From: a virus | Direction: 5' to 3' (one strand) | IMG/VR virus record: IMGVR_UViG_3300045125_000158 | Location: 54,618 to 118,617 of that record | Length of the DNA stretch: 64,000 nucleotides | Notes under the pieces: model-generated | What the model was told of the DNA's origin: nothing | What the model saw: the letters and a program-made list of their open reading frames with translations, nothing else | Databases searched by the model: none | In this document: positions 24,554 through 37,332 of the stretch, piece after piece | Position numbering within the stretch: the first letter of the stretch is position 1 | How the letters are laid out: the number at the start of each line of letters is the position of its first letter | Translations under genes and position numbers: made by a program

Positions 24554-25514
24554 TAGGGTCTGCTCCAACAATTTGAAACAATATTACTGCAATACCACTC
24601 AACTGTTTTGGCAAGGCCATCTTTAAACTGATATGAAGGTTGCCAACCCAATTCTTTAAGTTTACGACTATTTATATCATATCGTAAATCATGCCCCAAT
24701 CTATCAGGGACAAATTCTATAAAACTTGCATCTTTATTTAATAAATCTAAAAGCATACCTGTCAACATCAAATTTGTAACTTGATTACCGCCACCAATAT
24801 TGTATATCTGACCTGGCTGACCTTTATCTAATATTAATTTTATAGCACGGCAGTTATCTTCAACATGAATCCAATCTCTTATGTTTTGTCCATTTCCATA
24901 AATAGGAACCGTTTGATTGTCAAGTAATCTCTGAATAAAAAAAGGTATTATTTTTTCTGGATATTGAAATGGTCCGTAATTATTAGAAGACCTTGTAATT
25001 ATAATATTTTGATTGAAAGTCTTGTGTGCAGCGATACACAACATCTCAGCAGATGCCTTTGATGCACTATATGGGCTAGAGGGCCTAAGTACGTCATCTT
25101 CACGACTTGACCTGTCTGTTTTGTTTAGAGATCCATAAACTTCGTCAGTTGATATTTGCAAAAATTGTGCAACATTCTTTCTCTACAAATCTGCAGGAGA
25201 TTGTTTACTCCAACAATGTTGGTTTGCACAAAAACGTCTTGGGAATCTATAGATCTATCTACGTGACTTTCTGCTGCAAAATTTACAACTATATCATCTG
25301 GCTGCACAATATTGTAAATTGATTCGTAATTACAAATATCAGCAATTACATATTCGTAATTTGTAAAAATAGAAAATTCATCATGCACCAACTTATTTGC
25401 AGCATAAGTCATTTTATCAATGTTTAATATTGCTGTTTGCGAATCATCTTTTAAAAGACAGCGTATAAAATTTGATCCAATAAAACCAGCCCCACCAGTT
25501 ATAACATATCGCAT
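24553..25514 (-). CDS. rmlB: dTDP-glucose 4,6-dehydratase
   Basis: ITGGAGFIGSNF, IDKMTYA, NFAAESHVDRSI, QISTDEVYGS, PSSPYSASKAS, SNNYGPFQYPEK, YGNGQNIRDWIHVED, DRLGHDLRY; SD GGAG. Confidence 0.95.
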
Positions 25515-26324
25515 CAAATATCTCCAGATTTAAATATTTCAAATGATTTTTCGTTGGGCATATCAACCGTGCCAGTCCAATTACCTTGCAGAGCAAGAAA
25601 CTGCATATTATTAGTATCGCTGAAATTCAGGGCCAAACTTTACACCGGTTTCTTCATAAGCTCCAGCATACTCCACATCATAACGCAGCCATCCCAAATG
25701 TTCAGCATATATGTTAGTTCTACCATACATTAATCCCCGATATTCGCAGAAAGCGTTATAACCATGCATTCCAGGTCCATTCTGACCCATATTACAGGAA
25801 ATGAATTCCATGAAATCTTTTGTTCTCACTGTATAAAACCATCCGTCAGTGTTAATATTCCAAAAATCAATATTTGGTAATTTTTCTTGCGGAATATTTT
25901 CTATAAAAACATCATTTTTATGGTCAATGTGCATTGTTCTTTGCAATTGCACGGACACGGCTCCAATAAAATTATTATTCTGCAAAAGCATAGAACATTT
26001 TTTCAACCAATTATTTTGCGGATCAATAATTTTTAAATCTAAATCAGTAAAACATAAATATTCATATTTCTTATAAATATCTAATAAATATTTATTTATC
26101 AACCATACATTGCCAAAATAGTTTTTGTACATCTGTATATAAGCATAAATACTTTTATTTTTTAACAAATGCTTACAATAGCTTTGTATAAGATGTGAGC
26201 GTGTTGACTTATTATCTATAATAATAAAATCAACATGATCATTATAATTAATTACACTGTCTACTGATGGAATCAAAAAATCTAAAATTTTCCAACATCT
26301 ACCAACAACTAGAGTGCTCTTCAT
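25514..26324 (-). CDS. GT-A fold (GT2-like) glycosyltransferase
   Basis: FIIIDNKS, YLCFTDLD (DxD), AEHLGW; 3' end extended past an indel to the TGA overlapping the rmlB start. Confidence 0.6.
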
Positions 26325-26336
26325 CAAAAAGCCTTT

Positions 26337-29300
26337 TCAATTCGCATGTTTTGCCAAAAATTTTCTATCTATATCAGGAGTTCTTCTAGAACTCATGTTC
26401 GAATTAGTTTTTACTATATACGTTATGTTCACATTTTTGTTTTCTTAAACACAAAACCATGCTTAGCCATACGCATCCACATATCCCAATCTTCGATACA
26501 ATCCAATTCACTATCAAAATAACCAACTTCCAGACACTTCGCTTTATGTACAACCCCTGATATATAAATAAATGGGCTGCGGAACATAAATTCAACACCT
26601 GGCCACTCTTCGGGATCTGGTATACCAAAAGTATACGCTTTATTACCATTATCAAAAAGGTTATCGGCAGAACAATACGACAAATCACATGATTCAAGAT
26701 TAGATAGCTGTTCAGTTAAATAATTTTTCGGCCACATATCGTCAGAATCACAATAAGCTACAAAATCATAGTTCTGTTCTTTTATAATTTGTAATGCAAG
26801 ATTTCTGGCTGAACTAGGACCTCCATTTTTCTTTTCAATAATTGTAATTCTTGCATCTTTATTTATAATTACATGTTTTGCCGCTTTATCACTTTCAGAT
26901 CCGTCATCGATAACATACAAATGCCAATCAGTATAGGTTTGTGCAATAATTGAATTTATTGAGTTGTTTACAAACGCAGCATCATTGTAATAAGGCATTA
27001 CTATGCCAACTTTTTTGGTATTTGTTTTGATGAATCCCTTTTGTATAAACAAGTTTTTATTTTCAACTACATATTTCGGAAAATGATTATCAATATTAAC
27101 GTATGCAGTTATTTTATCATTAGATCTACCAAATGAATCTATATTTGCATCAACATTTTTTGTATCTCATTCAGGTTTTTGTATTCATCTATGTTTATTT
27201 CACGATGTGCATATGATTCAAGTTTTTCAACTATCTTTTTCGCACCGCCTAGCCAGGTAAAATGCCAGCCACCATCAATTATTTTTTGCGCAGCAGTTAT
27301 TGGTCTATATCTTATATCTGTTGCATTGAAGCCATTTCGCTTCATGACTTCATAAGTAGTTATTCTGCTGAAAATTCCAGGACCTGGAACGAATTGCGGA
27401 GACTGATAATTCAAATAGTAGTTATATTGAGTTTGTTCAAAATACATCCATTCATGTTTTCTGTCAAATTTGCCTATGGATTCAGCCCTCGGTATTTCAT
27501 CAACATCTGATATTATTATTATATCTTGATCATTGCAATTTGCAAGGCCTCTTTCAATGCAATTTCTTTGATGATGCTCACGCACCCAAGGATCATCAGT
27601 TTGTGGAATATCATCAACAACTATATGTATTATTTTATCTAAAAATTTTGCATATCTCTGCTTATTTTCCGCAAAATACAACGGTTTTGTTTTGCCTTGA
27701 TGCGTGACTCTCATCTCTGCTAAAACAAAATAATCAACATAATCATATAATTCATTGAGTCTAATTTCTAGAATATCCAATTCATTAAAAAAACTGAAAC
27801 AATCAAATACCTTAGGCTTATAAGAATTGACTTTTGCTACTTCATAAGTTGTTTTGTCATTTAGCCACGACATTCCTCGCATTTCAAATCCCGTTTTGGC
27901 AAACAATCCTTCAATATATGAACGATGTGAATTGGGTATTTGAATTCGCAGAATGCCTTGCTCTTTCAATACACGATGACATTCAGTAATAATTTGCTGT
28001 GCTCTTGCTGTAGTATATTGATCTTGCAAAATAATCGATTCGACACTATTGTCGTCTAATGCAATTTGTGACGGATCAATATTTACAGGCGCAAAAATAT
28101 TCTTAGCACTACATGCAAAATAACCTGACTCAGCCTGCGTGTCAGTAAAATGCAATCTCCAGACGCTTTGTCTTAAATTTTTGCAACAACTTCAATGAGT
28201 TTATTTGCAACAATACAAAATCATCGCCTCTCGTTGTGCCAGGATTGTGAAATATAGGGAAACCACCTAAGCCATATTTTGTGCCAGTATGCAAGTTGCC
28301 TTCGTAAGGAACTTGCACTAAATTGTAACCAGCATCAGTCACTTTCCATGAAAATGCCGTATCCTCACCACCACCGGGCGTGAAATCTTCATCTAATAAA
28401 CCAAGTTCGTCAAATATAGATTTACGCATCATACAACAGAAAAAGATTATAAATGGCTGACCAACCTGATCGCCGCAGTCATAATATGGACACCATCCCT
28501 TAAGAGGTCCAGTAATTCCTGCTTTAGGATCTTCTAAGAAAGGATCGCGAAGCATATTTATCCATGTGTTCTTTTCTACATAAGGCAAAATCATCGTATC
28601 ATTATTCAAAAGAATAATATACTCGCCACGAGCTGCTTTGATACCTGCATTTGTTGCTCTAGGATATCCAGCCGCCTCTTCAATCCATATCAATTTGAAT
28701 GGGTCACCTAAGCTTTGTACATACTCTTTTGTACCATCAACGCAGCCATTTGCAACTATTATAACTTCAATATTAGTCAAATCAGTATTAGAAATTATAC
28801 TTTCAACGCACGGTCTTAAACAATCTTCTAAATGATTATACGTCGGAATTATTATAGAAATATCTATTTTCTTGTCACCATCCTCATCTCTAATCATTTT
28901 TTTGCCGTAAGAAAGCCTTCACCAATGTGATTGTAATAATTCATTTCTATATCAACAAAATTATTATTAGCCAATAACCTTATATAATTATCTTTAGATC
29001 CATCATGTAAAGCGCTAACTATTATTTTTCCAGCATTAATAAGACATTTATTAAATTGCTTAAAAATATTGCTGTACAAATTGTAATCATTCACAATATC
29101 TAAATTCACATGCTGATCATTGAGTATGTCCCTGCAGTACAGCTCAGTTATAGAATTTTCTTGAATTTCAGGATCTATTCTGTTGTTCAATATATTTCTA
29201 TATAAGGATTTATTATCAACTTTATTTATGGCACAAATTTGTACACTTTGCAATTCTTTATTAAATATATCTTGGATTTTTATAAAATTATCTTTTGCTT

Positions 29301-32300
29301 TTGATTTTGCAGATAATTTTTGAATATTCCTATTACGTAATTTATATGTAGCAACAGGAGCGGGGTGGAATTTGCCATCGTACGTATAAAAACCAAAAGG
29401 AGGAGCAGTGTGCACAACTTCAAAACCCAAATCATTTAGATATTTTAACAAGTATTTTTCTTGCTTCTTGTATTTTGGGTTAAGCTCATCATGTATCTCT
29501 AAGTAAAGGTAACTGAAAATTTTGATTGTTTCTGGATTTGAATTCAACACTATTTCAAATTCACTACCTTCACAATCCAATTTTAATATTTTCTCGCAAT
29601 CCTGTTCTTTGATGTTTTTGACAGCATCAACAAACGAAATGAATTGTGCTGTCAAAACTCCATTATCATTATAAATTGTACTACATACTGTTGCGTCACT
29701 AATTTTACACTCTGTTATAGACCCATCAAGCACACCAAGATTGAAGCACTCTACATCAAGAGACTCGTCAATCAGTTTGTTCATTTTATTATAATTATTT
29801 ATATTAGGTTCATAGAGGTATGATTTTTTTGCTCCCAATTCCAAACAACGAAGAGAAAATAATCCATTATGCACCAATATCTAACACAATCTTATTTCGT
29901 ACTTCCTCTTCTCTTAAGGCATACACATCTATATTATAAATTTCATCGTGAGAGCCGTGGTCGATTTCTTGCATTAATTTCTTTTGTTTTGCCAATAAGT
30001 AGAAGAATCACATGCAATCAGCTTTTTATTTCTATAATAATCAATATTATCTACGACAAACCTCGGTAAAGAATCGTATGTATCACATATCTGCACATTT
30101 ACATTTCTTCCTAACAAATCTTTGCCATGATTGATTGCTGCTAATAGATTTTCTTCACTTTTGATTGATTGCGTATTATATTCTACGTGAGCATAGCTTT
30201 CTAATTTTTGCTTGATATGAGCTTGATCGCCAAAATAACTAAAGTGCCAACCACCATCGTATATAGTGTTGTTATAATTATAATCATCCTTTCCACGTAT
30301 TCTTTGTATATCTCCATTTGCAATTTCAGAATAAGGCATAATACGCAACTTATACCACTTTGTGTTTGTTACAAGATAGTTAAGTTTGTAGTAATATAAA
30401 TTTGTTTCAACACAAGTTAAGCCCATTTCCTTTTTATAAGATGCAACTACAGAAGCTTTTGGTATTTCATCTGCATCTGCAACAATTATTATATCATTAT
30501 TATGACATGATTTTAAGCCTCTTGCAATACAATTTCGTTGAAAATTTTCACGAATCCAAGGATCGTTAGTTTGCGGCATATCATCTACAATAATATGTAT
30601 TATTTTATGTAAAAACTTGCTGTATCTTTCTTTATTTTCACCAAAATATAGCGGCTTAGGCTTTCCTGATGCGTCATAATTGATTCTACTAACACAAAGT
30701 AATCTACAACAGAATCGAGTTCATTCAATCTTATTTCAAGAATGTCTAGTTCATTAAAAAACATGAAACAATCATAAACTTTTGGAGTGCTCCACTTTTC
30801 AAAGAGTTTATTTCTATAGCGGTCGTAATTTCCCCACATTATATTATTATTCAACTTATATGTATATCCATGATGCATAAAATAACTACGACTGAAATCC
30901 ATAATATCAGAATTTTCGAATGCATAACTTGCATAAGGTAAAGTATAGCATTTCAATCCATGATTGTACTTGGCTTGCATGCAATAATCTTCTACATAGC
31001 AGTGCAATTCATCAAATGTTTTACTATCAAAATCAATAGGATTTTCTTTGTTAATCAATAAACAACAAGCATCTACCCTGTCTATTTCTTTCATAGATGT
31101 CGCATCAGACCAAACTGTATTGTTTCCGGAATCGAAACCAACCACGCCCATAGCTCCGAAGTTTTTATCCAACTTTATACTTTCCTCGATGCAATTTATA
31201 AAGTCTGGAGCAAAAGCAGTATCTTCGTGTACATACAAAATATATTTTGTTTTTGCTAAAGTTTTGATTTTATTGTAATTATCAGCTGCATGAGCTTTTT
31301 TCAACCGAAATGATATCAACTTTGTTTGCGTCTAATCTTTTGCAAACTTGGCCCTAGGAATCGATCAAACATTTCTGGATTGTGTTTGATAAAACCAATA
31401 GTCACTTTGTCTTCAAGTTCAATTCTGTTAGACTTTTTCTGAAACAAACCAACATAAATTCCGTTGCGCCAAGTTCCTACATAATTTGTGTACCCATCTA
31501 ACCATCCATCAGGCCAATATTCTTTGGGTGGCGTCTCTGAATCTAAAACAAAATCACACACCTTACTAATAGAACCAATTTTTTCTAAATCAGCTATAAT
31601 TTTATATGTTGCTTTTCGAACAGTAGGCCACTGAAAATCATCTACAATAAATACAAATGTTTCGCTTAGACACGGCAAAGCATACTGAAGAGCTTTATAG
31701 TGATCGTCAAATCCATGCCTCCATCATAAAAAAATACATCTATTTTTGGCAGTGACTTAACATCAAAATTATAAAAATCTTCCTCAATAATTTTGTAGTT
31801 TTTAGTTGCGTATTGTTCAAGGTTTGAATGAAGGAGCTTTTTAGGGTGAACATCTGGAGTTGGCACTAACTCTTTATCAACAAACTGAGAAAAATTCTCT
31901 ATTATAAAAGCCTGTGTATTTTTATTATTAGACAACGCACTACAAACGGTGCTTCCCTTCCATGCACCGCATTCAAGATAATTTATTGACTGACCTTTGC
32001 ATACATTATTTAGCAAGTGTCTAAAAGTTGGAGAAGACATGCCGTCTATACGCAATATTTCTTGATTTATATTTGACCTACCAGCCAAAGCATCATCTAT
32101 GCATTTTTGTAACATTATTTTATCAAATTTTGTCATACTGTGTTTGTCCTGTAAATACTTAACATGCTTAGTAAGTCTTTCGTCACTATCTCCATAAATA
32201 TGTCTAAATGTACCACCGCCCGCATGATAAATCGGAAAATTGCCAATCCTTTCTGCATTCCCCTTATTGTTCTCATCGTAATTTATATTTTCAGGTACCT

Positions 32301-35300
32301 CAACTAAAGAAAATCCGGCTTTTATTGTGCGTACACAAAAATCAACATCTTCATGATAGCCTATGCCAAAATTTTCATCTAGATATCCTATTGCATCAAA
32401 AACTTTTTTCGCAATCATAACGCAAAAGAATAACATATATTCAGATTTTACCAACTCATTATAGGCTTTATTAGGACCAGTAACTCCAACTTTGTCGTTC
32501 CTAAACCCCATCTGTAATAATTCAATCCAATTTGTATCCAAGACGCATGTATCATTATTCAAGAGAATTACATATTCGCCACATGCAGCTTTTATGCCTA
32601 AGTTAGTTGCTTTAACGTAACCCAATTGCTGCTCTGACCAAATGAGTTTGAAATTAGAACCTAGACTGTTAACGTATTCTTTGGTTCTAATATCACAACC
32701 ATTAGCTACAATAATAACTTCAATATTTGCAAGATTTGTATATTTTATGATACTTTCTACACATGGCTTCAAAAGATCATCTAAATGCTGATAAGAAGGT
32801 ATGACTATTGAGTATTTGATTTTATTTTTTACTTCTTTTGTTTTTCCATAATCCATCAATAACAAATTTATATGCTTGCTTGCATCAGGCTTATTGGCAA
32901 TTTCTTCATCATTCAAAAATGTATATGCAAAACCAGGGAAATTAGCTTCTGTTAAGTTGTGCAGTTTATGATGATGCAGATATTTTCCAGGATATTCATT
33001 ATACGGTACGCTGATAAGCAGCCTGTGACAATGCTTCTTTAATTTTTGCAAGCTCTATTCCGTTATCCAAATGCTCTAGAATTTCAAAAGCAATAATTGT
33101 GTCATAAAAACCAAAATCCATATTATTTATGTCATCACAGATATATTTTATGTTTTGCGAACCATATTCATTTTGTGCGAAATTAATTATATTTGCATCA
33201 TAATCTACTCCTGTATAATCCAAATTATTTATATGTTTAAAAAATTGTACGCCATACCCGCTACCACATCCAATCTCCAAAATTTTGTTACCGTATACCT
33301 TTTCTGCAGCCCAAGAATATCTAGCCGCTTCGGGCTTTCCAATCGCATCTCCAAATCCAAAAACCATGCGTTCAAAATTGTTACTCAAAACAAAAGTACG
33401 TTCTTCGTATGAAGCAGCCAGATAATCTTGTATAACGTTAATCTTGTATCCATTTTGCAAAATTCTTTTGGTAAGAGCTTTATCATAAGAGTGAAAACCG
33501 CCATCACACTCTGCGTGTTGTGGCAAAATTATATCATCAATTATTTTCTTTTAAGCATACAACAAGCATGCAGATAAACTTGACTATTTGTTGTGCTGTC
33601 ATAAAATGATGCAAAGGTGCTTGCTGCAACTTTTTCATCCGTAAATCCTAATCTAAGTTTGCTAGTCCATTCGTATACGTCTTGTTTGCCTAAAATGAAA
33701 TTTTGCCGCATCAAAATAACGTATTCACCACTGGCCTTTTTATATCCATACTGCAGAGCATCAGCATATGTATAATTTTCAACAAAATGTACCTGGAAAT
33801 GGCGTCCTAGTGTAGCTAAATATGCCTTAGTTTTAGTGTCACAACTATTAGCAACAATAATTATTTCAGTATTCATTTCGCCAGTTGAGTTGAATAACCC
33901 ATCTATACAAGCCCGCAAATACTGATCTAAATAATTATGAGCAACTAAAACAACTGAATACAGAATTTTTTTGTTAAAACCATATTTTTCAATTAAAATT
34001 TTCTCATTTCTATCAACTATAGAACTCCAACCATTGACGCCCTTAACTGTTGCATTTCCCCCATGATATATCGGGAACTCCATAATGCGTTCATATAATT
34101 CTTTAGGCCTATCTAAATGCACATCAACTGGTACCTGTAAAATCTTGTAATTTTGAGCTAGCAGCCTAGCACAATAATCAATGTCTTCGCCATATCCTGG
34201 ATTATATACTTCATCTAACAATCCAATTTTATTAATTATTGATTTTTTTGTCATTACACAGAAAAATACCAAAAATGGTAAAAATGTGTTTGGATGTATT
34301 TCTTTAATTGCTCCAGTCATGCCTATGGAGTCGTCAGCAACAAAAGGCTTGGTAAGAATATCTATCCAAGTTTTATCTAATAAAACAACATCGTTATTGA
34401 GAAGGATCACATATTCGCCTTTAGCAATAGAAATCCCAGCATTAACTGCTTTTGTATACCCAAGCGGCTCAGCAAACGCATGCAATACAAAAGGCTTGCC
34501 CAGAGACACAACATACTCGTGAGTTCCATCATTGCAACCATTTGCTACAATTACGATTTCTACATTTTCTAAATTAGTATTTCTTATTATACTATCAACG
34601 CAAGGTTTCAGACAGTCTTCTAAATGGTTATATGTTGGAATTACAATTGAATATTCAATACTTTTTTTTCAGAAAAAGATTAGTCGTATCAATATCTTTC
34701 TTGGGTATATACCACATGTTAGCGTGTGATTGTAATTTTGCACCAAAAATAGCAACTACAGCCAATCGTACTGTGTCCCAAGAATAATCATGTCCCAACA
34801 TGATCCCGGTATCTTTCAATTTTGGATAATAATCACGTATGTCTTGCAGTACAGCATCAGTTGTATGATCTCCATCTATAAATATGAAATCTAAAGAATT
34901 ATCTGGTATCATCGAAGCTGCAACACTCGACTTGGCTTGAATGCAAAGTTATATTTTTATCTATACCAAAATCAGATATATTTTTCAAAAATTTACTTTT
35001 AAAATCATAACCCGATGACATAATTTCCCTATGCAAATCTTCATTTAGCGTACCTTCAAATGTATCTATTGCAATTACATTCAAATTTTTTGTTCGAATA
35101 ATATCCGCAACACTACAAAGAGATCGACCCTCCCAAACACCTATTTCCACAAACGTTGCGTTTGAAGGCAATTTAGACAAATGTGTTGCATATGTAAAAA
35201 CATCTAAATAACTAAACCAACCATTTGGCAAAGAATCAGGATATTTTGCGGCTCTCTCAACCGTAGCATTTACCATATTCTGAAAAAATATTGCTTCGTT

Positions 35301-36016
35301 ATATCTTTCGCGCAAAATTCTTTCATTTCTCTCTACTATTTCATTCCATTTCGGTACGCTATGAACTGTTTTGCTGCCCGGATGATACAAAGGGAAATTT
35401 ATTGTGTGATCACTCGCGTCTCTCACTCGTGTATAACTTGCATCATCTGGAACTTGAACGACTCTGTAACCGGCATTTCTTACTTTGAAACAATAATCTA
35501 TATCCTCTCCGTAGCCAGGATTGAAAATTTCGTCCAAGAAACCAATTTCTTCAATGACCTTTTTACTTATCATAACGCAAAAAACAAAAGAAAATCATGA
35601 TTTGTGTTGCAATGATAATCTTTTGCAGGACCAGTAATCCCAACCTTGTCTAAAATTTGAAATGGTCTAAGCAAAATTTCAAGCCAGAAATTTTTATAAT
35701 TCACGTCAAATATAGTAACATCATTATTCAATAATACAATATAATCACCAGAAGCAGCTCTAATACCTGCATTAGTCGCACATGTGTAGCCAGCTGGCTC
35801 ATCAATCCAAATTGTTTTAATCTGATCGCCTAAAGAATTCAGGAAATCACGAGTACCATCAACGCATCCATTTGCAACAACTATTATTTCAGCTGTTGAC
35901 ATATCAGTCGTTTTTAAAAGGCTTTCTATACATGGTCGCAAACAATCATCGAGATGATTGTAAGTTGGTACAATAATTGAAAATTTTGGCTTTTGTTTTT
36001 GCGATGTAAACTGCAT
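26337..36016 (-). CDS. Giant multidomain glycosyltransferase/methyltransferase (~3,200 aa if intact; may be two genes split at 28894/28897)
   Basis: SD AGAGGAG before ATG 36016. About 13 ORF fragments, mostly breaking mid-domain or at homopolymers. Order: GT2, MT (EIGVWEGRS...FIDGDH), GT2, degenerate GT2, MT (EIGCGSGYG), GT2, MT (ECGAWKGST), GT2-like (YVHED), GT17-like (YDCFMFFNELDILEIRL), FkbM MT (LKLDCEGSE), degenerate MT, GT2, degenerate MT, GT17-like, GT2. Confidence 0.7.
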
Positions 36017-36067
36017 CAAATATCTCCTCTATTGGCTGATTTAAATATCGACCAATACAGAGACAGA

Positions 36068-37311
36068 TTATTTGAAGTTTATTTTTGAATTTGCAGTTCT
36101 AGTACCTAGTGCCGCTATTTGTGGTTTTGGTGTCACAGTTGTAACTGTCGGCGTACAGCACTCTTGCAGCAATTTAAATGTCTTATCAATACTTGCGCCA
36201 AGCTCGCTATTTACTGCAGCCAACTCATCAAGTGTTTTTCCAGTACTTGCTGCGATTGCGGCCAGCAAGGTCTTTTCTAAATCTGTGTAATCGCAACTTA
36301 CTTGATCAGTAAGAGTTCTAGTTGCGTATTCCCAAATTTCCTTAGGCGTGATGCTTGGTTCAATATTCGTAAGAGTCCTTGTATTGTATTCCCAAACTTT
36401 CTTAGCAATCTCAAGCCAAGTTCCCTGCTCCTTGCCCCAGCAAACTTTTAAATTACCAGTATTGGTATCAGTCAGCCTATTAGCAAATTGTCCTCGTTTC
36501 AACCATACCTCAATGAAATAATATTCATCACCAATTACGTTTGGTATATTTGTTAAATTAGATATATAATAGCTATACCAGCCTAGCCTGTTAGCATCTT
36601 CAGATAATGGAATAATAAATTCAGCATGATTATCTAAAGTATATAAAGCAAAATCATTTGTTGTTAATTTAAACGCCTTAGTCATATCTGTTGCCGAAAA
36701 CAATAAGGCATAAAAATACAAACCAGATTTGTCACTGTATGTTATATCAAATACTTCTCCGCCATTGTAAATGCAGTCATCACAGGTATTTATTGTTGCA
36801 ACAGTTTCTGTTGTGAAATCAATAAAAGCTAATAATTCATTTACGTTGCTTTGTGCGTAAAATTTTACTGCACCACGAAAATTCTGGGGCAAATTATTAT
36901 ATTCCCAAAGATAGTAACCATTACCAACTTCATAAAAACCAGTTGATATATAACCCGTAAAATTGGTTCCATCAGCACGACATAGTTGCGCATATAAACT
37001 AACGCCAGTGTATCCAAGACCAAGATTTACCGTAGTAACAAATGATTTAGGCAAACAATCTGTGCTAGTGTTCACGTCAGCAAAGGCAAGTAATTCTGAA
37101 GGATTTGATGCGCGAAAATTTAACGCCACCACGAAAGTTTTCAGGAAAATTAGCATAATCCCATAAATAGTAACCCTGACCTAAATCAGCAAAACCAGTT
37201 GAAATGAGGCCAGTTACATTATAGCCATCAGATCGCATAATTCTGCGCATACAAATCTATGCCCTGATATCCAGTGCCTAAACCTATTGAAACTGTGATT
37301 GCTTTTGGCAT
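36068..37311 (-). CDS. Putative structural protein with two tandem FRGG/AVKF domains and two W-E-Y-x-T-R-T-L-T motifs
   Basis: True start MPKAITVSIGLGTGY at 37311, with indels before ORF 36068..37156; repeats GFADLGQGYYLWDYANFPENFRGGVK and GFYEVGNGYYLWEYNNLPQNFRGAVKF; VWEYNTRTLT and IWEYATRTLT. Confidence 0.7.
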
Positions 37312-37325
37312 AATTTTTTATCGAC
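37312..37325 (-). promoter_or_regulatory. CGATA promoter-like motif 7 nt before an SD-less ATG (GTCGATA-N7-ATG)
   Basis: The same geometry recurs at 8992-8996, 10549-10553 and 63465-63469. Confidence 0.55.
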
Positions 37326-37332
37326 TGCAAAC

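Noticed and set aside
20105-36016. Cellular O-antigen or capsule locus
   Set aside because: No flippase, polymerase, ABC transporter or initiating transferase; flanked by virion-type genes, phoH and hsp20 in one long co-oriented block
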